Of a stretch of 36,274 bases of DNA, positions 6,594 to 14,986 are shown one piece after another. Numbering within the stretch: position 1 is the stretch's first letter; each line of letters starts with the position of its first letter. Source of the DNA: Bacilli bacterium. GTDB taxonomy: Bacteria; Bacillota_I; Bacilli_A; RF39; UBA660. A model generated the notes under the pieces. That model was given only the letters and a program-made list of their open reading frames with translations. It ran no database searches and was not told the origin of the DNA. The stretch covers positions 1 to 36,274 of the forward strand of contig JAQUGJ010000002.1 of NCBI GenBank assembly GCA_028684255.1, given 5' to 3'. Made by a program: the position numbers and the translations under genes.

Positions 6594-8066
6594 TTGAAAA
6601 GACGAGGATTTACTTTAATGGAATTACTAGCAGTTATTGTTATTTTAGCAATTATTGCTTTAATAGCAGTACCGATTGTTCTTGATTATATTAATGAAGC
6701 TAAGATAAAGACTTATGTTAGTAATGAAAACTCTGTTAAAGAAGCCGCTAAATTATATTTAACGAGAAATTTAGATGAACTTCCAAAAAATATAGGCGAT
6801 ATTTATGAACTAAGTATTAAAGACTTATATGAAGGTAATTATTTGGAACAAATAAACGATCCTGAAAGAAGTTCAATTAAATGTAATGGTTATGTTATAG
6901 TAACTAAGTTAGGATCTAATTCATTTGATTATAGCCCACATTTAAAATGTGGCGATATGAATTATGTTAACAATTCTTTAGAAGATGGGATAGTTGCCCA
7001 TTATAAATTTGATGATTTTCAAGAACCAACTGTTAATTTAGTTGTAAGTCCTGAATTTTCTAATGGTTCTTTAGGACTAAAATGGGGTAGTTGGGAAAAT
7101 TCTGTTTTAACGTTTGAAAGATTAAGTTTATTAGGACAAGAAACTAATGTCACTAATATGACAAAAAGAACAGCTGGTACTACTAATGCTATTCATCAAG
7201 CGATTCCTAATTTAACGATTGATTCACCTTATACATTATCTTTTTATGCAAGAATAAATCCTAATTCATTAAGTGATTCTGGAAAAATAAAGGCCTACAT
7301 TAATGGTTATGTCGATTATTCAATTACTAAAGAGTGGACAAGGATAAGTTTGACTCAAATTGCTAAAGCTACTTCACAAACTATTCATATTACTCAGTTT
7401 AGTCCTGAATATGATGTTCAAATTGCCTATGTTAGTTTAGAAAATAAAGAGTATTCAACTGACTTTGTAAATGGTACTAGAACAGCAAAAATTAAGGATT
7501 ATTCTGGCCATGGATACGATAGTGGTTTAGATCCTTTAACATCTCCTAAGTGGGTTAATAATGGTAATAAGAATACAGGTGCTTATAAGTTTAGCAAAAA
7601 TAATGAGGTTATTACTGCTTATGATGTTTTAACTAATGTATTTAATAATCAATCTTATTCATGGGGTGCTTGGATAAATATCGATAATAGTTTTAGTAGC
7701 AATGGTCGAATTTTAATGAGTCAAAGTAATGCTTTAGAACTATCTATTAATTCATATCGAAAAATTTATATTAGTTATAAGGATCTAAATAAATGGAATA
7801 GTTTAACTGCGAGTCCAATACTTTCTAAGGATAATTGGTATCATATTTTTGTGACTTTTGAAGATAATACGATGAAGTTATATATTAATGGTAAATTAGA
7901 AGGTGAATTAATAAGTGATGATTTTATAAATCCAAGTGATAATATATATATCGGTAATTGGTCTTCTAATCAAGTTTTTAAAGGTATGATCGATGATGTT
8001 CGCATATATAATCGTGCTCTTGATAAATTAGAAGTTGAAAGAATATATTACACAACAAAATCGTAA
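6594..8066 (+). CDS. Type IV pilin/pseudopilin-like protein with C-terminal beta-sandwich and LamG (concanavalin-A-like) domains
   Basis: TTG start after an AGGAG RBS. The class III signal MKRRG|FTLMELLAVIVILAIIALIAVP has Glu at +5. A pilin head-like region with 2 Cys follows. The C-terminus carries the LamG_3-type signature (WYHIFVTFEDNTMKLYINGKLE...IYIGNW...FKGMIDDVRIYNRALDKLEVERIY). Confidence 0.8.
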   Translation: MKRRGFTLMELLAVIVILAIIALIAVPIVLDYINEAKIKTYVSNENSVKEAAKLYLTRNLDELPKNIGDIYELSIKDLYEGNYLEQINDPERSSIKCNGYVIVTKLGSNSFDYSPHLKCGDMNYVNNSLEDGIVAHYKFDDFQEPTVNLVVSPEFSNGSLGLKWGSWENSVLTFERLSLLGQETNVTNMTKRTAGTTNAIHQAIPNLTIDSPYTLSFYARINPNSLSDSGKIKAYINGYVDYSITKEWTRISLTQIAKATSQTIHITQFSPEYDVQIAYVSLENKEYSTDFVNGTRTAKIKDYSGHGYDSGLDPLTSPKWVNNGNKNTGAYKFSKNNEVITAYDVLTNVFNNQSYSWGAWINIDNSFSSNGRILMSQSNALELSINSYRKIYISYKDLNKWNSLTASPILSKDNWYHIFVTFEDNTMKLYINGKLEGELISDDFINPSDNIYIGNWSSNQVFKGMIDDVRIYNRALDKLEVERIYYTTKS

Positions 8067-8068
8067 TT

Positions 8069-8095
8069 AAGATCTCTTAAGGAGATTTTTTTTAT
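8069..8095 (+). terminator. Rho-independent terminator after the pseudopilin-LamG gene
   Basis: AAGATCTC (8069-8076) pairs with GAGATTTT (8082-8089), including one G-U pair, around loop TTAAG. A T-run follows. Confidence 0.5.
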
Positions 8096-8145
8096 TGTGT
8101 TCTTTTTTTAGGTGATTTTTCATATTTTTTTATGAGGATGATAAT

Positions 8146-9135
8146 ATGTTAATTATGACTAAATCTGTATTAGCGACTATGATCGGTTTTGTTTTAGCAG
8201 TAATGGTTGGACTTGTTTTAATACCTATTTTTAAGAAGAAAAATGCTCGTCAAAGGTTAAGTATTTATTTAGAAGAACAACATAAAACTAAAAACAATAC
8301 ACCAACAATGGGTGGATTAATTTTTATCATACCGACTTTATTTACGACCGTAATTTTATTTTTATTAAATAAAATAGATTTTAGTTACAGTTTATTAATA
8401 GTTATTTTTGTATTTGTTAGTTATTCTATAATCGGATTTATTGATGATTATTTAATTTTAAAAAGAAAGAACAATAAAGGTTTAAGTGAAAATTCTAAGT
8501 TGTTATTACAATTTATAATAGCGCTTGTCTTTTTTGCATTATTTATGCTTGAAAATGAGCCATTATTGTGGGTTCATTCTTTAAATATAAAGTATGATAT
8601 TGGTTGGTTATATGGAATTTTTATATTGTTGGTATTAGTTGCAAGTTCTAATGCGGTTAATATTACTGATGGGCTAGATGGATTAGCAGGGGGACTTTCG
8701 GTGATTGCTTTTTTTACTTTTGGTTTAATATCATGGAATAGTGGTTGGTTAGCAGGATACCAGGATATTGCTTTATTTTGTTTTATTTTAGTAGGTTCTT
8801 TATTAGGATTTTTAGTTTTTAATGTCTATCCGGCTAAGATATTTATGGGGGATACTGGATCTTTAAGCTTAGGGGCTTTATTAGGTACTGTTGCTATATT
8901 AACAAGGCATGAATTATTGCTAATATTAATAGGTATTGTTTTTGTTATTGAAACTTTGTCTTGTATTTTACAAAGGTACTATTATAAATTAACTAAGAGA
9001 AGACTTTTTCCAATGGCACCATTACATCATAGTTTTGAAAAAAAAGGTTTTAAGGAATCTGATATTGTTAAAATATTTTGGATAGTTGGTTTATTAGCGT
9101 CTATGATTGCTATTACTTTTGGAGTTTGGATATGA
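8146..9135 (+). CDS. mraY: Phospho-N-acetylmuramoyl-pentapeptide transferase
   Basis: KxxTPTMGG, GFIDDY, NAVNITDGLDGLA, GDTGSLSLG and PLHHSFE motifs. GAGGA RBS. Confidence 0.95.
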   Translation: MLIMTKSVLATMIGFVLAVMVGLVLIPIFKKKNARQRLSIYLEEQHKTKNNTPTMGGLIFIIPTLFTTVILFLLNKIDFSYSLLIVIFVFVSYSIIGFIDDYLILKRKNNKGLSENSKLLLQFIIALVFFALFMLENEPLLWVHSLNIKYDIGWLYGIFILLVLVASSNAVNITDGLDGLAGGLSVIAFFTFGLISWNSGWLAGYQDIALFCFILVGSLLGFLVFNVYPAKIFMGDTGSLSLGALLGTVAILTRHELLLILIGIVFVIETLSCILQRYYYKLTKRRLFPMAPLHHSFEKKGFKESDIVKIFWIVGLLASMIAITFGVWI

Positions 9136-10202
9136 AAAAAAATAGTGTTGAATTATTATTAGTAATATCGGTTGTTGCTTTAACTATCATTGGTCTTATA
9201 ATGATCTATTCATCTTCTAATGTATGGGCTTTATATAAGTTCAATGATTCTTTTAAGTATTTAAAAAATCAAGGTTTATTTTTTATTTTGAGTCTTTTTT
9301 TAATGTACTTAGTAAGTAAGATAGATTATTATAATTATTTAAAAAATTCAAATAAAATATTTTTTGTTATTTTAATATTACTTATATTAGTAATAATACC
9401 TGGTATTGGAACTATGAGAAATGGGAGTCGCAGCTGGTTTGGAATTGGTTCATTTGGAATTCAACCTAGTGAATTTGCAAAATTAGGGCTCATAATATTT
9501 TCATCTAAATATTTATCAAAAAACAGGAAAAGTTTTATTCCTGTTTTAGTAATAGCAATTATTTTTTTTGGACTTATTATGTTACAACCTGATTTTGGAA
9601 CTGGTATTGTTTTAATGATGATTATTGTGGCTTTATTATTTGTATCAGGTGTTGATGTTAATTTTTTTGTAAGAATCGGTTTCTTAGGATTAATAGGTAT
9701 AACGGGTCTTATTTTAGTAGCACCTTATAGATTACAAAGGATTTCTTCTTTTATTAATCCTTGGAATGATCCTTTAGGAAGTGGATTTCAAATAATTCAA
9801 TCTTTATATGCGATAGGTCCTGGAGGATTGTTTGGTTTTGGATTAGGAAATTCAAGACAAAAGCACTTTTATTTACCAGAACCTCAAACGGATTTTATAT
9901 TTTCAATTATATGTGAAGAATTAGGGTTTTTTGGTGTCTTATTAGTGGTTTTTCTTTTTATTCTCATAATTTCCACTGGTTTTAAGATAGCCTCTAAATG
10001 TGAGGATTTATTTGGCAAATTTTTAGCCTTTGGAATTACTTTTTGGATAGCGTTTCAAACTGTTCTTAATTTAATGGTGGTAGTTGGATTGATACCAGTA
10101 ACAGGAGTTACATTGCCTTTTCTTTCTTATGGAGGATCTTCTTTACTTATTTTATATATTGCAATTGGTATTGTTTTAAATATAAGTAGATATCAAAGGT
10201 AG
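9132..10202 (+). CDS. ftsW: SEDS-family peptidoglycan glycosyltransferase FtsW/SpoVE/RodA
   Basis: QPSEFAK, GPGGLFGFGLGNSRQK..YLPEPQTDFIF, and PxTGVTLPFLSYGGSS. The start is set at ATG 9132, which overlaps the mraY TGA (ATGA). The ORF-track extension from 9078 lies inside mraY. Confidence 0.9.
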   Translation: MKKNSVELLLVISVVALTIIGLIMIYSSSNVWALYKFNDSFKYLKNQGLFFILSLFLMYLVSKIDYYNYLKNSNKIFFVILILLILVIIPGIGTMRNGSRSWFGIGSFGIQPSEFAKLGLIIFSSKYLSKNRKSFIPVLVIAIIFFGLIMLQPDFGTGIVLMMIIVALLFVSGVDVNFFVRIGFLGLIGITGLILVAPYRLQRISSFINPWNDPLGSGFQIIQSLYAIGPGGLFGFGLGNSRQKHFYLPEPQTDFIFSIICEELGFFGVLLVVFLFILIISTGFKIASKCEDLFGKFLAFGITFWIAFQTVLNLMVVVGLIPVTGVTLPFLSYGGSSLLILYIAIGIVLNISRYQR

Positions 10203-10229
10203 ATTATTGTTAGTTTAATATGTTATAAT
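10201..10229 (+). promoter_or_regulatory. Candidate extended -10 promoter ahead of the ARH-Nudix-UDG genes
   Basis: TGtTATAAT at 10221-10229. The -35 region is poor. Confidence 0.3.
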
Positions 10230-10250
10230 TTAATAAAAATAGGTGATTGT

Positions 10251-11189
10251 ATGAGAGTAAAAGATGGTATCATTGGTTTTGCAGTTGGAGATGCTATGGG
10301 TGTTCCGACTGAGTTTCATAAAAGAGAAGACCTTTTAAAAAAACCTGTTACAAAAATGATAGAAAATAGGTTTGAAGGATTACCTAAAGGATCTTGGTCT
10401 GATGATACTTCTATGGTTGTAGCAACAATATATGCTTTAATGGAAAATGGCTTAAATTATAATAAGATTGCTGATAATTTTATAAAGTGGGTTAATGGTG
10501 ATGATTTTTGTTCTTATAACAAATGTTTTGGTATTGGAAGAACTACTTTAAAGGCTTTGGCAATGTATAATAGAGGGATGTTTAAAGCAGAAGAATGTGG
10601 TGGAAAAGCATTTGAGGATAATGGTAATGGTTCTTTAATGCGTATTCTTCCAATTGGTTATTATTGCCATTATAATAGAATTAATGAATCTGAAACAATT
10701 GATATTGTATCTAAGGTATCTTCTATTACACATGGTAATGAAATTAGTATTTTGGGCTGTTATTTGTATGTTAAATATTTGTCTTACATATTAGATAAGG
10801 ACTCTAAAGAAGAAGCATATAAAAAATTAAAATTATTAGATTTATCTTATTTTAGTGATGATTCTATTATAAGATATAAAAGAATATTAAAAGAAGATAT
10901 AAGTGATTTATATTTGGATGATATTAAATCATCTGGGTATGTAGTCGATACTTTAGAGGCTAGTCTTTGGTGCTTTTTAAAGTCTGATAATTTTAGAGAT
11001 TGTATAGTGGCTGCTATAAATCTTGGTGAAGATACTGATACCATAGCAGGTATAGCGGGTGGTCTTGCCGGCATTTACTATGGATATGAAACAATCCCTT
11101 TGAATTGGTTAAGGGATTTAGTAAAACTAGATTATTTAGTTTTAACTTCTAATAAATTTGAGGATTTTTTGAAAGTAGAGGATGTTTAA
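10251..11189 (+). CDS. ADP-ribosylglycohydrolase family protein
   Basis: GFAVGDAMGVPTEF, WSDDTSM, GNGSLMRILPIG and GEDTDTIAGIAGGLAGIYYG (di-metal ligand motifs). Confidence 0.85.
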   Translation: MRVKDGIIGFAVGDAMGVPTEFHKREDLLKKPVTKMIENRFEGLPKGSWSDDTSMVVATIYALMENGLNYNKIADNFIKWVNGDDFCSYNKCFGIGRTTLKALAMYNRGMFKAEECGGKAFEDNGNGSLMRILPIGYYCHYNRINESETIDIVSKVSSITHGNEISILGCYLYVKYLSYILDKDSKEEAYKKLKLLDLSYFSDDSIIRYKRILKEDISDLYLDDIKSSGYVVDTLEASLWCFLKSDNFRDCIVAAINLGEDTDTIAGIAGGLAGIYYGYETIPLNWLRDLVKLDYLVLTSNKFEDFLKVEDV

Positions 11190-11190
11190 T

Positions 11191-11685
11191 ATGGAAAAAA
11201 GAGATTTGTATAATTTTAATAAAGAGTTAATAGGAAAAACAATTTATAAAAAAGAGGATGTACCTGAAGGTTGTTATATTTTAGTGGTTTTATCATTTAT
11301 TCAAAATAGTAGAAAAGAGTTCTTAATTCAAAAGACAAGTATATCAAAAGGTTTGGAATGGGCTTTTACAGGAGGGCATCCAAAAGAGGGAGAGTCTTCT
11401 TTAATGGGAATATATACTGAAATAGAAGAAGAGTTAGGAATTAAGGTAAAAAATGCTATATGGTTTAAAGAGGTTAAAGGAAAGGACCGAATCTGTGATT
11501 TATATTATGTAAATGAAGATATTAGTTTAGATGATATTGTTATGCAAGAAGAGGAAGTTTCAGATGTTTGTTATGCCACAATTGAAGAGATTCATGATTT
11601 ATATAATTCTGGTTTATTTAAAAAAGGACATTATATGTTATTTAAAGATTGTTTAGAGTATTTAAATAATCAAGGTGATCTATGA
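11191..11685 (+). CDS. Nudix hydrolase
   Basis: Nudix box GGHPKEGESSLMGIYTEIEEELGI, in which the canonical Arg of the RE pair is replaced by Thr. The start is placed at ATG 11191, 9 nt after GAGGA. Confidence 0.8.
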   Translation: MEKRDLYNFNKELIGKTIYKKEDVPEGCYILVVLSFIQNSRKEFLIQKTSISKGLEWAFTGGHPKEGESSLMGIYTEIEEELGIKVKNAIWFKEVKGKDRICDLYYVNEDISLDDIVMQEEEVSDVCYATIEEIHDLYNSGLFKKGHYMLFKDCLEYLNNQGDL

Positions 11686-12254
11686 ATCAAGATAATTTAA
11701 AGAAAATCGAACAAAAAATTCAACTTTGTAATGAATGTAAGGATTTATTAAAATTAAGTTGTGATACTATATCTTTTGGACAAAATACAGATATTTTATT
11801 TGTAGGTGAATCACCTGCAAAAAACGGTTGGATATTAACTGGTAGAGCTTTTTATGACTCGAATGGTAAGTTATTACCTACTGGTAGGGTATTAAATAAA
11901 TTATTAGAGATAATTGATTTATCAATTGACGATATTACTTTTACAGAGGCCTGTAAATGTCATATACCTGATAGAAAAGATTTAAAAAAGTCTTCTTTAA
12001 ATTGTTTAAAGTATTTAGAAGAACAGATTAAAGAATTAAATTGTAAGGTTGTTATTCCGTTAGGAGCGTATCCTACTAAAATATTAATTGATAAAAAATT
12101 CAAAAATTTTAAAGAAGTTGCTGGGGATGTTTTTAGTAAAGAAATAGGTGATAAAGAGGTGTTAATTATCCCGATTTATCATCCTTCACCGATAAATCCA
12201 AATGGTTATAAATTAAATGTGCCAATATTTGAAAAAATTAAGAAATTGAATTAA
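11682..12254 (+). CDS. Uracil-DNA glycosylase superfamily protein (family 4/5-like, Fe-S type)
   Basis: Motif A-like GESPAKNGW and motif B-like YHPSP. The Cys pattern (CxxC at the N-terminus, CKC, and a later C) fits the 4Fe-4S UDG families. The ATGA start overlaps the Nudix stop. Confidence 0.7.
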   Translation: MNQDNLKKIEQKIQLCNECKDLLKLSCDTISFGQNTDILFVGESPAKNGWILTGRAFYDSNGKLLPTGRVLNKLLEIIDLSIDDITFTEACKCHIPDRKDLKKSSLNCLKYLEEQIKELNCKVVIPLGAYPTKILIDKKFKNFKEVAGDVFSKEIGDKEVLIIPIYHPSPINPNGYKLNVPIFEKIKKLN

Positions 12255-12278
12255 AATATATCTAATTGTAAAAATAAT

Positions 12279-12323
12279 AGATTGTATTTTTTATTTATAT
12301 TTGCTATTATTGATATAACGTAG
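12279..12323 (+). promoter_or_regulatory. Promoter cassette copy 1 (TTGTAT-17-TATTAT), 42/45 identical to 16344-16388
   Basis: -35 TTGTAT at 12282-12287, 17-nt spacer, -10 TATTAT at 12305-12310. The start codon lies 27 nt after the -10 element. Confidence 0.55.
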
Positions 12324-12336
12324 AAAGGATTATAAC

Positions 12337-13446
12337 ATGAAAAAAATAGGTATTATTACATTTCACTGTGCAGATAATTTAGGAGCAGTACTTCAAGTTT
12401 ACGCTCTTCAAAAAAAAATAAATAAACTTGGTTTAGAATCAGAGGTAATCGATTTTAAACCACTTGAATTACTTTATCCTTATGGATTAAAGAATTTGAA
12501 AGATGTTAAAAAGAGAGGTTTTATAAAAACTATTAAAAGTATAGTTGTATTAATAATTAGAAGAAAAGTTAAAAATAAAAGGGATGTATTTAAAAAATTT
12601 AGAGAAAAGTATTTAGTTATTTCTAAACAAACATATTATGAATCTGAGGATTTGAATGCTAATCCTCCTCAATATGATTACTATATAACTGGAAGTGACC
12701 AAGTGTGGAATCCAGATTTTTTCGAGAAAATTGGAAAATCTTATTTTTTAGATTTTGCATCTCCTTCTTCAACAAAAATATCATATGCTGCTAGTATTAC
12801 TAAGAAAATGGATGATAGTTTTAATGATGTGTTTAAAAAAAATATAGACAGATTTGATTTTATTTCCATAAGAGAAAGTGAACATGTTAGGTTTTTAAAA
12901 AATTTAACTGAAAAACCAATAACTGTTGCACTAGACCCAACTCTATTATTGGACAAAGAAGATTATAATGTATTGTTAAGCAAATCAAAGATAAAGGAAA
13001 AATATATTTTGGTATATGATTTGGAATATAATGAAGAGTTAGTAAAATTAGCTAATAAGATATCAGAAGAAAAAGGTTATAAGATTGTTAGTTATTCTGA
13101 TCATAAAAACTATGAAAATAGAATTAAAACATTTAGATACGAAGGTCCAAGTGAATTCATTAGTTATTTAGAAAATGCAGAGTTTGTTTTAACAACTTCA
13201 TTTCATGGAGTAGCCTTTTCTGTCATTTTTAAAAAGCCTTTTTATACAATCCCTCATAAAACTAGAGGAACAAGAATGATTGATCTTTTAAATTCAATTG
13301 GTTTAGAGGATAGAATCGTATATAACTTTGATGATTTAGAAAGTATTAATTATGAACTTGATTATAGTAAACCTTTTGAATTACTTAATAAAAGAAGAGA
13401 AGAATCTTCTAACTTTTTAATTACTGCTTTGGATGAAAAAAAGTAA
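12337..13446 (+). CDS. Polysaccharide pyruvyl transferase family protein (copy 1)
   Basis: ITFHCADNLGAVLQVYAL, GSDQVWNP and TSFHGVAFSVIFKKPF are typical PS_pyruv_trans motifs. Confidence 0.8.
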   Translation: MKKIGIITFHCADNLGAVLQVYALQKKINKLGLESEVIDFKPLELLYPYGLKNLKDVKKRGFIKTIKSIVVLIIRRKVKNKRDVFKKFREKYLVISKQTYYESEDLNANPPQYDYYITGSDQVWNPDFFEKIGKSYFLDFASPSSTKISYAASITKKMDDSFNDVFKKNIDRFDFISIRESEHVRFLKNLTEKPITVALDPTLLLDKEDYNVLLSKSKIKEKYILVYDLEYNEELVKLANKISEEKGYKIVSYSDHKNYENRIKTFRYEGPSEFISYLENAEFVLTTSFHGVAFSVIFKKPFYTIPHKTRGTRMIDLLNSIGLEDRIVYNFDDLESINYELDYSKPFELLNKRREESSNFLITALDEKK

Positions 13447-13474
13447 TAAAAAAATATTAGAAAGTGTGTTATAA

Positions 13475-14986
13475 GTGGATAGAACAAAAAAATTCTTTTA
13501 CAATTCAATATCGGCAATATTCTATCAAATAATTTTAATGATTGTTGGAATTATTATTCCAAGGATTATGCTAAAATATTATGGCTCTGAAATTAACGGT
13601 TTGGTGTCATCTATTACTCAATTTGTATCATATTTTTATTTGGTTGAAGCAGGATTATCAGCAGCAGCAGTTTATGCATTATATAAACCTTTGGCTGATA
13701 AAGATAACAATTCTATTAATGCTGTTGTTTCTGCTGCAAGAAAATTTTATATTCAAACAGGTTATGTTTTTACCTTATTGGTTTTAGTATTTGCAATTTT
13801 TTACTCTTTTTATATAAAAACACCTTTTTTATCTCCAATAAATATTGGATTTTTAGTAATAATTTTAGGTGCTAATGGTGTAATAGATTTTTTTGCATTA
13901 TCTAAATATCGTGTTTTATTAACAGCTGATCAAAAAAATTATATTATTTCCTTATCTTCAGTGGTGTATTTGCTTTTAAATACGTTTATTATAATTATTT
14001 TAGGAACAGAACAAGTAAATATTGTGCTTCTAAAACTAGTAGCGATTTTACCTATATTTTTAAAGTCATTTATGATAATGATATATGCAAAGCATAATTA
14101 TAAATATTTAGATCATAAAGTAGCGCCTAATACAAAAGCATTAGATAAAAGATGGGATGCTCTATATTTACAAATTTTAGGTGTAATACAATCGGGTGCA
14201 CCAATTATAATTTTAACTTTTGTCACTAAAGATTTAAAATTAATTAGTTTGTATTCTATTTATAATATTGTTCTTGCAGGAGTTAATGGAATTTTAAATA
14301 TATTTCAAAGCGGATTACCGGCTTCATTTGGAGAAATAATCGCGAAGGGTGAAAAGAAAACTCTTCAAAGATCATATAATGAGTTTGAATTTTTCTACTA
14401 TTCATTAATAACGGTTATTTATTCAATAACGTTTGTTATGATTATGCCGTTTATTAAGATATATACAAGTGGTATAACTGATTTTAATTATAATATGCCA
14501 ATTGTAGGTTTCTTATTTGTATTGAATGGGTTATTATATAATTTAAAAACACCACAAGGTATGTTAGTAATATCTGCTGGTATGTATAAAGAAACTCGGG
14601 TTCAATCGACAATGCAAGGAATACTTATTGTACTTTTTGGATTAATTTTAACACCTTTTATTGGTATATATGGTGTATTAATAGGCGCTATTATTTCTAA
14701 TCTTTATAGAGATATTGATTTATTATTCTTTGTGCCTAAAAAAATAACAGGATTGACTATTATTAATACTTTAAAAAGAATGTTGAGGGTTTTTATTACT
14801 AGTCTTATTATTTGTTTACCTTTTCTATATATTAATATTGATCCATCAGGATATATTGAATGGATTTTATATGCCTCAGTAATTGGTGTTTATTCTGTTA
14901 TTGTTATGTTAATCATTAGTTTCATTTTTGATAGAAAAGCTTTAATGGATATTATTAAAAGGATTATAAGGATGGTGAAGAGATGA
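13475..14986 (+). CDS. wzx: MOP-family oligosaccharide flippase (Wzx-like)
   Basis: 503 aa and multi-TM, with N-terminus KKFFYNSISAIFYQIILMIVGIIIPRIMLKYYGSEINGL. GTG start. No ATG alternative preserves the first TM segment. Confidence 0.75.
   Translation: MDRTKKFFYNSISAIFYQIILMIVGIIIPRIMLKYYGSEINGLVSSITQFVSYFYLVEAGLSAAAVYALYKPLADKDNNSINAVVSAARKFYIQTGYVFTLLVLVFAIFYSFYIKTPFLSPINIGFLVIILGANGVIDFFALSKYRVLLTADQKNYIISLSSVVYLLLNTFIIIILGTEQVNIVLLKLVAILPIFLKSFMIMIYAKHNYKYLDHKVAPNTKALDKRWDALYLQILGVIQSGAPIIILTFVTKDLKLISLYSIYNIVLAGVNGILNIFQSGLPASFGEIIAKGEKKTLQRSYNEFEFFYYSLITVIYSITFVMIMPFIKIYTSGITDFNYNMPIVGFLFVLNGLLYNLKTPQGMLVISAGMYKETRVQSTMQGILIVLFGLILTPFIGIYGVLIGAIISNLYRDIDLLFFVPKKITGLTIINTLKRMLRVFITSLIICLPFLYINIDPSGYIEWILYASVIGVYSVIVMLIISFIFDRKALMDIIKRIIRMVKR

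Noticed and set aside
9078-9131. The upstream start for ftsW (MDSWFISVYDCYYFWSLD).
   Set aside because: It lies entirely within the mraY coding sequence. ATG 9132 overlaps the mraY stop (ATGA) and gives the usual short cytoplasmic N-terminus.
13581-13787. A + strand alternative-frame ORF (68 aa) inside the wzx gene, and a similar one at 24865-25095 inside the second FrhB-like gene.
   Set aside because: Both are fully nested in genes whose own frame carries the conserved motifs. The translations are Leu/Phe-rich and junk-like, and there is no RBS.
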